A stretch of DNA of 61,151 nucleotides, filler included, from Basidiobolus ranarum (taxonomy: Eukaryota): NCBI GenBank assembly GCA_040143965.1. It is 16 parts of 16 records of this genome, joined end to end, with 100 filler letters (N's around TTAATTAATTAA, not from the genome) between each part and the next. Parts side by side here need not be neighbours in the genome. Positions count along the whole stretch, not along the records: positions 34,510 to 38,236 come from JASJQH010002315.1; positions 38,337 to 42,062 come from JASJQH010002316.1; positions 42,163 to 45,886 come from JASJQH010002317.1; positions 45,987 to 49,707 come from JASJQH010002318.1; 12 more parts are not named here. One strand, 5' to 3'. Below the pieces are notes generated by a model. That model was not told the origin of the DNA and ran no database searches. It saw only the letters and a program-made list of their open reading frames with translations. A program made the position numbers and the translations under genes. Shown here in pieces: positions 36,531 to 49,707 of this stretch. The stretch's first letter is position 1; every line of letters begins with the position of its first letter.

Positions 36531-38075
36531 CGCCCTCGTTTTCAGTTACTTCTCCACTCTTTAAATAAAAGAAATTCGGGATAGTGCTTGAATGAACCAA
36601 TTGTGGGCCTAAACCACAGAGTGTAACGTATCACTGATACCCTCATTAGTTGGGGGCGCTTCTCGCGATACCAAGTCGTCCCAAAAAGAATCTTTGAGTA
36701 AATATGTGATGCCCAGAAGGCAACGATATTCCTATTGCTCAGCTAGCCGATTGACCAATGAGCTTTTTAGAGAATAGAAGCGGAATCTCGTGTAATTGAT
36801 GTGACTGGGATGTTGCGGTATTGGATTTTCATCTTAAGGTTCTGGTCGATTTCTGGGGTTTTCTAATTTAGAAATTTTATTGATTAATATTAACATTTTT
36901 GCCGATGTCTTCGGAAATATTCTTCCCGATTTTCAGAGGTTTCCTAGATTGAACCAAGTTTGGCTTAGTGACTGCCACTAGTTGTATGTTTCATTGGATT
37001 CGACATTCTGTTACGATGTATTCTTGATTCAAGCTATAGGCTGGTAATTTACCTCTCAGTAAAGCTTGATATTGATGTCCAAATTCCTAATGATTTTTTG
37101 CAGTTAGATTGAATGGCGTCAGTTGAATGCTACTTTTTTCAATTTCGTGCCATCCATAATGAGATCGGTATTCATATTCAGCAATATTTTACCCACTGTA
37201 CATACCACATTACAGGGAAATGTTACAATATATAGGCCTTCATATATTGTTTGGAAACTGTTTATTATACATTCAAATTCAAAGCTTAGAAATGGTGTTA
37301 GCCTGCTATGGTTTACCTACACAAATACTCCAATTCGTTGAATATGAATAACAGATGTGATGCAACTTTCTCTGTTGGCAAATTACGTTGACAGTCATAA
37401 ATTCAAAATATAGTGCCAATTTTACAAACCAATAGTTGGCAAGTCGTCATAGGTGTGCCCCTACTTTTGACAGTTGGTGAGCTAACTAAGAAGCTATCTG
37501 CTCTTTAGAAAATCCTGGTATTCCAAACTTCTCAACTTGTTTAAAAATTATTCTTATCATAAACCATCTCAACATTGAAGCCTAAGGCAGTGGTACACTT
37601 TGAAGAGTATCCAAAGATACTAAGCAGGAGGTATCAGCAGCTTTCCAGTATACTTCTCTATGAGTAATGGATAATAGAATGATTCAGTTTGGTGCATATG
37701 AAACAAACTCAAGCCTTGAAAACCATTTATTCAACAAATTGAATTCAAAATATTCAGTTGATATGATTAATAGCCATATATCAATCAAACATCCTCACTA
37801 AACATGCCATCAGAAAAAGTATCAAATAATATGTATTATATGGAGTCTCAATTGTTAGTAGCACTTACTTCTAAGATTGAGTTATCATATTTGGTATTAG
37901 AAGTTAGCTAAACTTTAGATGTTTGATAGTTCATATTTACAGATTGAAGTCTTGTTTTGCAGCAGGAATTGAGTTTTCAATAACATGGCAATATTGATGA
38001 TGCAATAATATTTTCAAGAACCTTATAGATTTGTGTCAGTCAAAATTAACTTAGCATAAACATCTATAGAGTTAC

Positions 38076-38236
38076 TGTTGGAGGATCTTGACATAATGGG
38101 GGTAGACTTTGAGTATTAGAAGTAGCTTATGATAGTGTGTTTTAGTTAGTTTATTCTTAAGAGTATATAGTGACATATATAGTAGAAAAGTAAATCAATT
38201 GTTTGAGATATTCAGGAGTTTGTGTAATAAGATATA
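38076..38236 (+). repeat. LTR family C, 5' half, next to an LTR-B-like remnant
   Basis: TGTTGGAGGATC start, preceded by AAATTAACTTAGCATAAACATCTATA (LTR-B-like); overlaps the sequence at 57443 onward. Confidence 0.88.
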
Positions 38237-39119
38237 NNNNNNNNNNNNNNNNNNNNNNNNNNNNNNNNNNNNNNNNNNNNTTAATTAATTAANNNNNNNN
38301 NNNNNNNNNNNNNNNNNNNNNNNNNNNNNNNNNNNNCTATATAAGATTCGCTTTCTGCAGCCAAGTGTTTCATCACTTGGTCGTGGAAGGGGTGGTATCG
38401 TGTGCTAGTGATGGTCTGATTGTCGTGTTAAGACCATACATTCCCCATAAATACCAGAGTATGGGTACCACTGAACTTGGTGGAAGAATGGTCGATAATG
38501 ACTCAGAAGTTGAGATTGAAGAAGATGAAAAGAGACAAACTGTAAGAACGGTGGCTGAAATGGGGATCTATGTCTGGCCAGACCAATTGCGGAGAACTGT
38601 TTAAATTCTGATAGTGGCTAAGGTCAGGATACCCTCAAGGGATTCCTACATTTGCTGAATATTTTCAGAGCCTCTTATTGGCCAATAAGAAGATCTCAAG
38701 ACTTACACCGTGACCATTTCTTGGATTCGTAGGAAACTTGATAATGGTCACCTTTGCATTCTTTCTAAATACTCCTTTCTATGTAAATTTCACCATTGTT
38801 ATCCTAATGTATGTATATGTATTTTACCATCAACTTCTTTACTACACCACTCCCAAACATCCACAATCTATCCCGCAACTCCCTGCGAGCTTAACTGTGG
38901 AACACCTCGTGCGTTGCTAACATCGCCACAGTATCTCTAGCGAGAGAAACATACAAGTTGCTCCCTTCACCAGCACCTTCGAAAAAACCCCTGCTTAGTC
39001 GATTCTAGGCGAAATATCTTGAATATTCATTCGAAGATACAAAGCATATTTAGTAAAAATCACCCTAGAGTATCTCATCAGTTCCAAAGAAATTTGTATT
39101 CAGAAATTTCTTACCACAG

Positions 39120-39800
39120 TATTGAGATTGAACTGGCTGCTAAGGTAGCAAACAATCCAGAACCTCCTAGTTTATCTGGCTTCAAGGTTATCTTTCAACA
39201 TCATGGCGGAAATTGAAATTCATTCGATTCATAGTCCCGATAATATCCAAACATAGTTGTTATTGATGGAATTGATTATAACAAATTCGGTTTTTGAAAA
39301 TCTTCCATCAATTTCTACAGGACTTTGGAAGATTTCCATATTTATGGAGATTCCTATCCATGGAACATTCCACTCGCCTCCTGAAATCTATATACTGCTC
39401 ATGAATTAAATGATATTCGACGAATAATTAGGCAATTATGGGGATTGGTCACACGTGAATTTCATTCAATCATATCACTCCAGTAAAATTACAGTGGAGC
39501 ATGAGGACGAATGGTGGAGAGGTTAATAGAAAATGAATTAGGTTTCATCTATTTTCCTATTCATTGATATTGGTAGGTGGAAGAATTGGTTCTTCAAGTG
39601 CACTATCAATGGAACATTTTCATTGGAAATGAGCGAATTATGATGGGAAAAGGTTCGTTGGTTAAAGTAAAGTAAGTGGTCGCTTTCATTGGATGTAATG
39701 CTATTTATCTTACCCACTCATGTATCTTTTCCTACTTCTTTGATACGAACATGGATATATCTGGCGCTTCATTCACAAAAGAGGAAAGCCCTCTAAACAA
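39120..39800 (+). pseudogene. Decayed serine carboxypeptidase (S10) remnant
   Basis: FIWLQG at 39171-39188 (cf. WLQGGPG), NIVVIDG (cf. N.LFIDQP) and DFHIYGDSY at 39331-39357 (cf. F.I.GESY) occur in the right order, broken by stops and deletions. Confidence 0.5.
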
Positions 39801-40813
39801 ACTATACATCTTAGGTTATCACAAATAGCAGTGAATTAAGTTCTAGATGAAACAGTAACTGAATTATCAAGATAGAGTTGATCTCGGAGCGTAGCCATTA
39901 CTGATGATTTATGTCACTTTCCTTTAAGGCCACTAAATGGGCATCAATAGACATTGGCTATGATGATGTTTTGGGTCAATATACTGCCACATAATTTACC
40001 CTTACTTTGGTTCCTGCATGTGACGGTGGTCATCGTGACATAAACTAGACTATGACATGGGCCAACACATTGAAGAGCACTGATTAGAGGGTTCATAGTC
40101 ATTAGAAGGTGAGTTTGAAATAAAGCAAATTCCTTTCCTTCTGTAGTAAAATGGGGATTACGTGAGAATGTGAAGCAACCTCTGTTACTCCGTGTTCTGT
40201 AAATACTAGTGAAATTGCTTTGAGAGTAGTTGGGAGCTCACTATCTAGTATATGAATTTTTTTATATGTTGCTTTGGACGCTGGCAATAGCTTCGACATG
40301 GATGGAGATCCATATCTCATATACAGCTAGTAATGTTCTGAGATTGTGCACATAATGTTTTGGTAATTTGTTCATTACTAGACAAACTTCGAAATCAAGT
40401 ATTCTGCATGGATAGAACCGCAAAGTTTGTTTATTTACACAGGTATTCATTTTTACTTTAGTGATAGCTTCATCAAGTAAGTTCATTTGGTTTGGTTAAC
40501 TTGCAAGTCAGGTAAGTTACAGTTGTATGCTTTTTTCATCTAAAGTATTGCTCAGTGTTTCTAGACATATGGATGAAAATAAATTGAATAGTTTACCTTG
40601 CCATCAATTTTCTACTGGAATAAAGAGTACTTAGTTACAAACCATTCTTAAGACCAGTTATGTTGAACAGGTGATCGACCAATCAAAATCTCTTGTTGGC
40701 CTTGAATAAAATAATCACTTAACAAATGCAGCTTAGATACCCTGAATTCCTGTGTAAATGAATGATACAGTAATGAATGCTATATTACGCTTTGAAGGAA
40801 AGGAACTATAGCA

Positions 40814-42062
40814 TTATATATAGTTTTTACTAGCCCACTCTTTCAAGGTTTCTTCATTTATATAATCGTAGCGCCAAATAAACGAATCTTCTCCAGCGCA
40901 TATAACATTGCTACAAGAAATGATGGAGTAATAAACAACTTGTATTTCTCGCAGAAAATGAAAGCTATATATGATAAATACCGGCAATCCCGGGAAAAAG
41001 CACAGCATCTAATTGCTTTTGTGGATCTTCTATGATACAACTTTGTCACCATTTTCCCACTTTCTATGTTATAGATGTAGGCTGCACCAATGCTATTACC
41101 GACGCAAAAAAACTTGTTGTCCATACTAAGGACTGGGTTAGAATTCAATCCTAGTTCAAACCAACCTATTGTATATAGCTTACCTGATATCAAAGCGGCA
41201 TCGATTATTTGCACCATTACGTATGTGGAACGACTGAATAACCTTCAAAATAATTCGTGTTTAATGTCGGGCCCGTGGACCTGTATTGAGATGAGCTATA
41301 TACCTCAAGAGTGTTAGGGTTCCAGAGTTCAACTTTACCGTTGATAGTTTTGGAGAGAACGTTGTTCTCGATATATCTCATACAATCTTGAATGTTACAT
41401 CAGCGTATAAATAGTAAAACAATATATCACATCTATTACCTATACGCCCGGCTTGAAGTTTGTTTCCATACATTTTGAGTATACTATGGCTAGAGTATTG
41501 TGGCTGGATTAAGGTCAAGTCAGGTATCGACCATTCACGAATATCTCCGGTATAGCCGCCTGTCAAAAAAGTGGTTCCAGTGGGATCAAAACACTAACAG
41601 AAAATATAAATAACGATGGGCATATACATTGATATGAGAAAAAGTATCATACCACAACAGAGGCTTTAATATTGTAAATGTGTAAGCATATTTCGCTATC
41701 TACATCCCATAGGCGCACAGTTCCGTCTCTGGAAGCAGAAAGAATATGCCTATCGTCTTTAGGAGAGACTTGTAGATCAGTAATGGGCCCTAAATTATAA
41801 TGAAAAATTACTAATGGATCATTTGTTATGGTACTAATTTGCTAACCAGCATGCCCTTGAAGCTTTCGAACCTCTTTCGAACAGGCAACACTCACTATGT
41901 GTATGTGGGTATCTTGACCAGCCATCGCTAATAAAGCGTCACCCTCTCGATGCAACCAGCAGCAGGTGAGTAGCTCCTATAAATGATTTCGAAGAGTAGA
42001 TCTAGTATTATGGTAAGAGCAATTAATGAAATGAGTGATGGAATACACACGGGTGAAGCATC
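40814..42062 (-). CDS. WD40 protein, EED/ESC/FIE-like (LRWD1-like is the alternative), 5'-partial, multi-exon
   Basis: Spliced: ELLTCCW...LLAMAG...LQGHAGPITDL...ILSASRDGTVRLWD...DCMRY...VLSKT...RFDISMDNKFFCVGNSIG...IRCCAFSRD...GEDSFIWRYD. Confidence 0.75.
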
Positions 42063-42162
42063 NNNNNNNNNNNNNNNNNNNNNNNNNNNNNNNNNNNNNN
42101 NNNNNNTTAATTAATTAANNNNNNNNNNNNNNNNNNNNNNNNNNNNNNNNNNNNNNNNNNNN

Positions 42163-42210
42163 ACATACACATACACATACTAAAAGTATACACATACACA
42201 TACTAAAATA
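42163..42210. repeat. (ACATAC)n microsatellite in an intron at the contig edge
   Basis: ACATACACATACACATAC...CACATACACATAC. Confidence 0.7.
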
Positions 42211-42222
42211 CTCTGCACTTAC

Positions 42223-42365
42223 CTACTCAATACCAAAGGGTGTAGACCTTGATTCGCTCTCTCCTTGTTGACCAAGCAGACTAGTCTGGCTGGTGAGAAA
42301 GCTTGGACATTGGCCATCAAAGCAAGAGCGGCAACGGACACGGTAAGGAAGCTCTTCAACATCAT
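42223..42365 (-). CDS. Secreted CAP/SCP (PR-1-like) protein, exon 1 only
   Basis: MMLKSFLTVSVAALALMANVQA-FSPARLVCLVNKERANQGLHPLVLS, then a GTAAGT donor. Signal peptide plus the LVN.ER...GL.PL motif. Not the frame shown in the ORF track. Confidence 0.82.
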
Positions 42366-42876
42366 GTTTGTAGGTAAAGTAGGTAGTTGCAGATAAAGAG
42401 GATATCAGGTAGTGAATGATTTTCTTGAATAGGGAAATTAGCATGCTATATATACCATCCCAATATGCACTACAATCGAGAATTCACCATCTGACATTGA
42501 TCCCGAAACTAGGTATAGTTAGCAAATTCCAAACTGTTGGATGCAGATAACTTCGTGCTATGTAAAGATATGCATACATATATAACAAATGCAAACACTT
42601 TTAAATAATAACACATGATTGGGACAGGAATGTATCGAGAACGTGGTTTGCATGAATACTAACAGTAGCGCAACTTCAAGGTAAGTAAAGGCTTACATAT
42701 CTATGTATGCCAAAAGAAACCTAGTTTAGATACAGAGGTGAATTTATTGATTAAGACGAAAGACATTTTATAAGAGAAATATCAAGGGTAAGTAAAAACT
42801 CTATATATGCTAAAAGAAACGAGAGTAGATATTACAACGATAGACCAAGAACAAGTGGAAGTCAATTGAAAGAAAA

Positions 42877-43837
42877 TTATTCGGATTTAATTGGTCTGAT
42901 CTGAATGGAGTTCACTTCATCTGGAAGTGAGTTGAAGATAGGTAGAGCCACTGAAGTAGTGGTCTTGATATGTAAGCTCTGGATGTTCTTCCACTTTTTA
43001 GGAATTCTGTCTACAATATGATTAATAGCGAAGTCGATGTTTTCCGCTATTTCTTGGCCTGACTGGGAGCTGAGACCGATTTTGATTGACATGCAGGTGC
43101 CACTGGGCTTGAACATATAAGTGGAGTTTAAGATACTTTGGAATTCCTTCTTAAGGTTTCCTGCAGTAAGGTTGATTGGTACGGGTTGCTTCTTGCGCTC
43201 AAAGAACTTCTTCCCGATTAACTTGGGGAGCATTGGAATAATACGTGCATCGGCAAGGAAAAGATCATATGATTGACAGAGGGAACGTTTGGACTCGTAA
43301 GTCTTGTACTTTGCCTTAAGCTTTGAAACACCAATAACCTATAATGATATCGTAACTTTGCTTAGCCATTGAATGGATCTCTAGCGATTGTATAACCTTA
43401 CAAACCTTGGATATTTGCTTAATTTCCTTATTTTCTATGAGTTGTTTGTATTCCTTCTGGGGATCTTTGGTGAATAAACAAATATCTACACCTTGGTTCA
43501 AAATAGGATGTCTCAAAGGACTATGTTACGATCAAAAATGCGTTGCTTAGTAAATAAGGCACTCCGATATTTAGAATTTCTCTTTAACTTACATTTTGGC
43601 AGGCTTGATATTGGCCTTCTCCGAGAACTTTTTGGTAGTGATAACCAACCAAACTGGCTCATCGTCTTGAATGAGGTTACCTGAGTCAGCCTCTTGAGTT
43701 TGAGCTACGTATTTAAGAAGAGCGTTTGTAGCTTTCAAAGTCTAAGAACAGCAAGCCTGAGTAATTAATATTTACCACTAATTGTAATATTCATCGAGGG
43801 GCGAAGTTACCTGCTTGGAATCTAACAGGGAGGCCAT
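42877..43837 (-). CDS. Ribosomal L1 domain protein (UTP30/RSL1D1/CIC1 family), four exons
   Basis: ICLFTKDPQKEYK, VIGVSKLKAKYKTYESKRSLCQSYDLFLADARIIPMLPKLIGKKFF and WKNIQSLHIKTTTSVALPIF. Confidence 0.93.
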
Positions 43838-44210
43838 TATTACTATACTTTCAACGTATCTAGAGAAAGACTTGGATTACTGGAGTCACAAGCACTTTAC
43901 GAAGGATTCGTGCCTAAACCCAAGACCATATAGAGGGATTTTTTTTATTTTTTTTTCTACTGGTATGTATTTTATTAGTATGTTGAATATGTGATTAATT
44001 CTCATCAAATCTTGGTTTAAATCACGTGAACATCAACTGAAAGTTAAACGATAATAAAACTTTGGCGCAATGTGATTATTAATGGAAGGGGTTGACATTG
44101 ATGGGGGATAAGAGATTAGAAACCTCATATAAGTTTCCAATAGTCTATTTAGTGACAGTTATATCACAATTGGAGTCAGAAATAACCTTTCAGAACAGTA
44201 GTTTCTAGCT

Positions 44211-44798
44211 ATGTCCAAATTACCTACCTTATTAGAAGCTGAAGTACCTCTCTCTACTGCCGAATTAAATGTTAGTTCAATATTAGTAATGCTTGTCAAT
44301 CCTCGTTGCTAAATCCTTCTTTTTTTAAACTTTTCAGCTTTTACGTAAACAATATGAGCAGGACATAAATTCTATTCAAAAGAAGTTTAACTACGCCTGG
44401 GGTCTAATCAAATCACGCAAACATGGTCAACAACTAGAAGGAACTCAATTACTTGGAGAGATATACCAAGTTGAGCCCTCAAGACGGGTGGAATGTTTAT
44501 ACTATTTAGGCTTGGGTTATTACAAGCAAGGAAATTATACTGAGGCTCGTAAATTCGTTCAAACTTTATTGGCTAGCCAGCCAGATAACCGTCAAGCTCA
44601 AGAATTAAGTGAAGTCATTGATAACCAAATTGCTAAGGGTAAGCTTTCCTAACCATTTGTTTTTACTGAAAACCTTGTGTTACATCATACTTATCTGATT
44701 GCTTTAAATTAGAGGGACTAATCGGGATCGGAATCGTTGGAACTGCCATTGCTGTGGGTGGAGCCATTCTTGCTGGTCTCTTACGTAAATCTCGTTAA
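44211..44798 (+). CDS. FIS1: Mitochondrial fission protein FIS1, three exons (absent from the ORF track)
   Basis: LLRKQYEQ...KFNYAWGLIKS...RRVECLYYLGLGYYKQGNYTEAR...QPDNRQAQEL, with tail anchor EGLIGIGIVGTAIAVGGAILAGLLRKSR*. Confidence 0.95.
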
Positions 44799-45111
44799 TT
44801 CATTACTAATATTCGAATCGTTTAAAAAAATAAAGTGGATGAAACCGCTTTATCCTACTTTACATTACAAGTACCACATGTTTATCAAGAAGGAGAGCTT
44901 TGAACATTAGAGTAAGGAATGTTGAATGAAATATATATTTATTGTTCCGAACACCACTCATTCACAATTTTTACTCTTGAGGGGGTGAGTCAACGGTTCA
45001 TCGAATGAAAGTGTGATGTATTGATATCACCAACTCAAGATTATTTATTACATATTAAAATCTAGTATTAATTTTGCTACAGATCATGGGTAGATGGTTG
45101 TGGTATCCAGC

Positions 45112-45886
45112 TTAAACGAATTCATCTTCACTTTCGAATTCATCTAGGCTTATAGAGTCGAGATTTCTTAGGGTTGATGAACCCGGCTTACTACAGCCTT
45201 TATCATATATCGGTAACTTGTTTACGGCTTTGTTACAATGCGGATTGGAATTTAGAAGGAAAACCCCAACAAACGTAGTGAAGAAGCCACAAAAGAGCGA
45301 AACAAGATTGACCGGGTTAGATTCATTGAATCCTTGGAATAGAATCGCCGATGCCACAATGGTTGCTGTGGTAAAAAGTACGTAATAAATGGGAGTAACT
45401 ACATTGGTCGAAAATTGATGCAATGCTTTGTTGAAGTAGTTCATTTGGGTCAAGATAGCCACTACAACCACCACCGCCAGTATGTACACTGAAAGGTGTG
45501 TGAGTTGATTTGATCCCGCGAATGTTAATTTCAAAGCGATCCCAAAGGCCTTGACTGCCATGACACTCACGGAGCCCACCAAAGAGCATATTGAAATATA
45601 AATCAGAGGATTCCTTTTGCCATATTTGGGGACCATTCGATAAATTAAAAACATGGTGACTGCGAATACCAGAGAACAGTATATCACGAAAGCTACAGAT
45701 TCAATATTAGTCACATTGTAATTAGAATCAGAAGAGGTGAATTGATCTCGTACCTGGTTGAACGGCAAGATGTAGGATTTGATCAATGGAATCGATTTCT
45801 CTTTCCTCTGGCGAGTGTAGAACAATGATTACTGATCCGATCAAGCACAAGGCACAACCAGCTTTGCCATTCGAGGTCAGTCGCTC
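45112..45886 (-). CDS. NIPA-family magnesium transporter, 5'-partial
   Basis: GCALCLIGSVIIVLHSPEE; after an intron, YISICSLVGSVSVMAVKAFGIALKLTFAGSNQ, QMNYFNKAL and VVTPIYYVLFTT. Confidence 0.94.
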
Positions 45887-45986
45887 NNNNNNNNNNNNNN
45901 NNNNNNNNNNNNNNNNNNNNNNNNNNNNNNTTAATTAATTAANNNNNNNNNNNNNNNNNNNNNNNNNNNNNNNNNNNNNNNNNNNN

Positions 45987-46092
45987 TTCCTATTTAGAAT
46001 ATAGGGGCTATAGATACGTTGCTTTCTGTTTCTGATATATGTATCATAACTAAAGTTAACTATGATGTTGAATAAAGATTAATTATCCAACA
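45987..46092 (+). repeat. LTR family C, 3' end
   Basis: Near-identical to 57579-57684; ends AATAAAGATTAATTATCCAACA. Confidence 0.88.
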
Positions 46093-47000
46093 GAAACCTT
46101 GATTTTACAAATTCTAGTAGTGACATCCATTAAGTATATTGGGAATACCTTCAACTGTGCATGAGTACTTTGGTACTGCAAAAACAATATATATGTGGGT
46201 GAGTTCACCTAAATTTAAGAAAAGTTATCAATGAAGTGCATACCAAATATGAACAATATTTACTTCATTCAGTGATTATCAATTTTGTGCAAACATTATA
46301 TGATTTCAAAACTTTTGGTTTTTTAGATCACCGGTGAGAGCCAAACAACCATTTGGACATGAAGGTAGTTTAAGTACTGAAGGATTATAAGTCATACAAT
46401 AACAAGTATTTTCCAGCTGTACCAGATCTTTGGCAAGCAACAGTTGTCAATGAACTATGGTGAAAGTGAAAGAAAGTCAATAAACACATGGTTGCTAAGA
46501 TTGGGTTTGATTCCCTGCTCCTCAGTAATCATTGCTGCTTCTTTTCCTATAAGAGTTATCAGCAGAATAATGCTGGTGATAACACAGAGTCATTAACAAA
46601 ACCATTTTCTTCTTCTTTATCTTCTTCTGAAATAATGCAATCAATACTGATATAAGCATGGTCAATATCTAGCAGCATGTCCTCAAAACTTTCTGCATTT
46701 TTCAGTTAGTCCAAACTTGCATGTTTATCAGCATTGTTCTGGTCATATACCTCTGGTAACTGCACAGTTTCTTAACTTTCAGCAGTGTTATCACAGCTGT
46801 AAGGTCCAAAATGGCCCAAAGACTGAGTGGGTAAAACAAAGGTGGTTTTTGTGCTACTATTACTGTTAATACTCACAAGGCATTGTGCAGCTGGTGGCTA
46901 GGTATACCCACTGTGCTTAGCATTATTCTTTCTATGAAGCCTTGGCATTCATAGCACCAGAATATATGACAATAATAGCAGGGCTTGTTCAATGCTTTGT
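46093..47000 (-). mobile_element. CACTA transposase N-terminal half, interrupted by LTR C
   Basis: 46093-46520 is the reverse complement of 19385-19800 (LSCPNGCLALTGDLKN, DVTTRICKIKVS region). Confidence 0.75.
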
Positions 47001-47074
47001 GTTGTGGCATGAGAAGGATATTGCAGCAACAGAACATGCAATAAATAAGGGTGCTACTTTAGATATATCTCTCA

Positions 47075-47422
47075 CAAAAGTGTAAAGAGGATTTGAATAC
47101 ATTTTGGTCAAGATTTGGACTTGTGAATTTGACACTTGTATTTTAGTGAAAAAAGAATGTCCTGTCTAAGGTCTACTATGAAATACAACTATTGGACATG
47201 CTTATATTGTAAAAAAAATGCCTGTAGAGCATGGGTGAAAATTTGAGAAGATTTGTACAAGTTTTGAGAAGATAGTGAAAATTGGTAAAAGTAATCTAAT
47301 CAATATATTGATCAATTAGAGCTGTAATTACAAACTTTTGAATGGCAGAATTGAGTGCCAAATAATAGAAATATGAACAAACTGACTACTAAATAAAGAG
47401 ATGTAGTTGCATAATTTCAACA
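47075..47422 (-). repeat. Copia LTR family A (3' LTR)
   Basis: Minus strand reads polypurine tract GGAGAGGGAT then TGTTGAAATTATG; homologous to 4137 onward. Confidence 0.85.
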
Positions 47423-47433
47423 ATCCCTCTCCA

Positions 47434-49707
47434 CTAATATTTGTATACTTTTCTTAAACCTACCTTATAACTGAATAATTCAAACTGCATTCTAGCTAAA
47501 GGCTTGGTTAAGATGTCAGCAATCATTTCTTCAGCTGGGCAATAGACATGTTCAATTATATCATTCTCTATTGCCTCTCTAAAAATATGATGCCAAACAT
47601 CTGTATGTTTTGTTCTAGCATAAAATATAGGGCTTTTAGATAGTGAAATGCTACTTGGATTATTTGTAAAATATAGTAATAGGGCATTTTGCATGTATCC
47701 TAAGTCTGAAAATAACTTCCTTTACCACATAGCATCTTTTGTAGTAGCACAGGCAGCCATATACCCTGCTTCTGTAGTGGAGAGTGCTATTGTTGGTTGC
47801 TTCTTACCATTATAAGTTATTGTTGCATTATCATAGAAAAAGTGTTCCTAGTTGTTAATCTTCTATCTTCAATATATTGTCTCCAGTCTGCATTTATGTA
47901 TCCTTCATATATATTTGCATCAGGAGTGCTAGAGTAATCCCAAACTAGGCTTACAATTCCTCTTAAATACCCAAATATCTTCATAGCTGCAGTTTTAAGC
48001 TTAGATTCTGAATTCTTGAGGTATTAGCTCATAGTTCACACTGCCATTGCAGTGTCTAGATGTGTTCCAACCATTGCTTACACCAAACTACACACCAGGG
48101 ATTGACAAGGAAACTCCTGGCTTTATTTTGGTTTATTTTGGCCAAATTGGAAGAAATCTTGATTACTTCCAAGTTGGAATCTATTGATTTTAGTACAGGC
48201 CTGCTCTTCTCCATGCTGAAAAATCTTAGGATGTCTCTTTTTGTAGGTTTCCATTCAGAAAGGCTGCTTTTGTGTCCATTTGATGCAAATTAAGATTATG
48301 GCTAGCTGAGAGTGCCAGGATTCATATAATGGAGCTAAACTTAGCTACTGGAGCAAAGTTCTCATTAAAATCAACTCCTGGAATCTGGGAATAAGCTTTT
48401 GAAACTCATCTTTTGTTGTACCTTTTTATGGTTCCATCAGCCTTATTTTGACTTCCTAAACCTATTTGCAAGCTACTTGCTTTTTCCAGTTGGTAAAGGA
48501 CTTAACTCCCACATTTAAATGTCCTGAACTGAGGAGAACTCATCAGACATTGCTTTTTCTCATCATTCTGGACACTCCAGAGCTTGCTCTATAGTCTGTG
48601 TCTTGTCACAGAATGCTGCATAAGCATAAACATTATCATTAGAAGTGTTCCACCATTTCTCTGGCTTATTTCTCCTACTGGATGATTGTCCAGGTCTTGA
48701 ATTATCCTGTTTGTGATTGCCACTGGAATTTTGTTTGAATTACATTATAATACAGCTGGAATCTTTGCAGACAGTTGCTGAATAGTGCTGATTATGTATT
48801 CTTTATCAAGAACTGCTATTTGAGCAAAAAACTTGTTTTCATCAAAAAATACAGTTCTGTAATTAAAAACTTCTAATTTTTGGTATTAGACTTGTTCCAA
48901 TTTCTTGAGCCAGATCAGGCCAGCTAAAAAGTGGGCCTGTGGAGTATAAGGTAAAGTAGTTTGTTGCTTAAATCCATTTTTAGAATGGAAACTAGCAAAG
49001 TCTTTTGAGTAGTATTCTCAACTATTATCACTCCTCAGTACCCTTGTTCTTTGTGCTGATTCCTGATCAAAGAGTTTTGAGGACTATGAAGTGATTTGGA
49101 TAAGTCTTGGATTTATGAATTAGAAACTTGAGTTTAATTGAATTGCATTGATCCTACTCATAGTTTACTACGAAACAGGACTTTTGGGTATGCTTAAGTC
49201 ATAACAAACATGCCTGTTAAGCATGGATAAAAATTAGTGTTGATTTGGAGAAGTTTTGAGAAAATGGTGAAAATTTTAGCATGTTCAGCAACTCTGTTTT
49301 GCTCAGGAGTATAAGGTATGGTAGTTTGTTGCTTAATTCCATGTTTACAACAAAAACTAGTAAAGTCTTTAGAGTGGTATTCTCCACCATTATCACTCCT
49401 TGGTACCTTTATTTTTTGTGTTGATTCTTTCTCTACCATTGCTTGGGAATGCTTGAAAATAACTAAGGCTTCAGATTTTGATTTGAGAAAGTATTCACAA
49501 ACATATCTTATTTTGTGATCAACAACAATCATAAAATACCTTTTGCATCTAGTGAGACATTTTTAATGGGGCCATATAGGTCAGAATGAATCAGGTTAAG
49601 ATTCTGGGTGGATTTGATCTTTCCATAGCTTGAAAATGGCTGTCTGTGATGTTTCCCATATATGCGACCTTAACTCCTATCCAATTTAGCTCTATTTCAA
49701 TTTTAAT
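47434..49707 (-). mobile_element. Decayed Copia pol (integrase, RT, RNase H) with a nested LTR-A fragment at about 49075-49280
   Basis: LIHSDLYGP, RSDNGGEYHSKDF...TIPYTPEQNRVAE, QPTIALSTTEAGYMA and ARTKHTDVWHH...MIADILTKPL. Confidence 0.93.

Noticed and set aside
42223-42444. 73-aa Cys-containing ORF (RVRCRSCFDGQC)
   Set aside because: Wrong frame; the overlapping frame encodes a signal peptide plus CAP domain.
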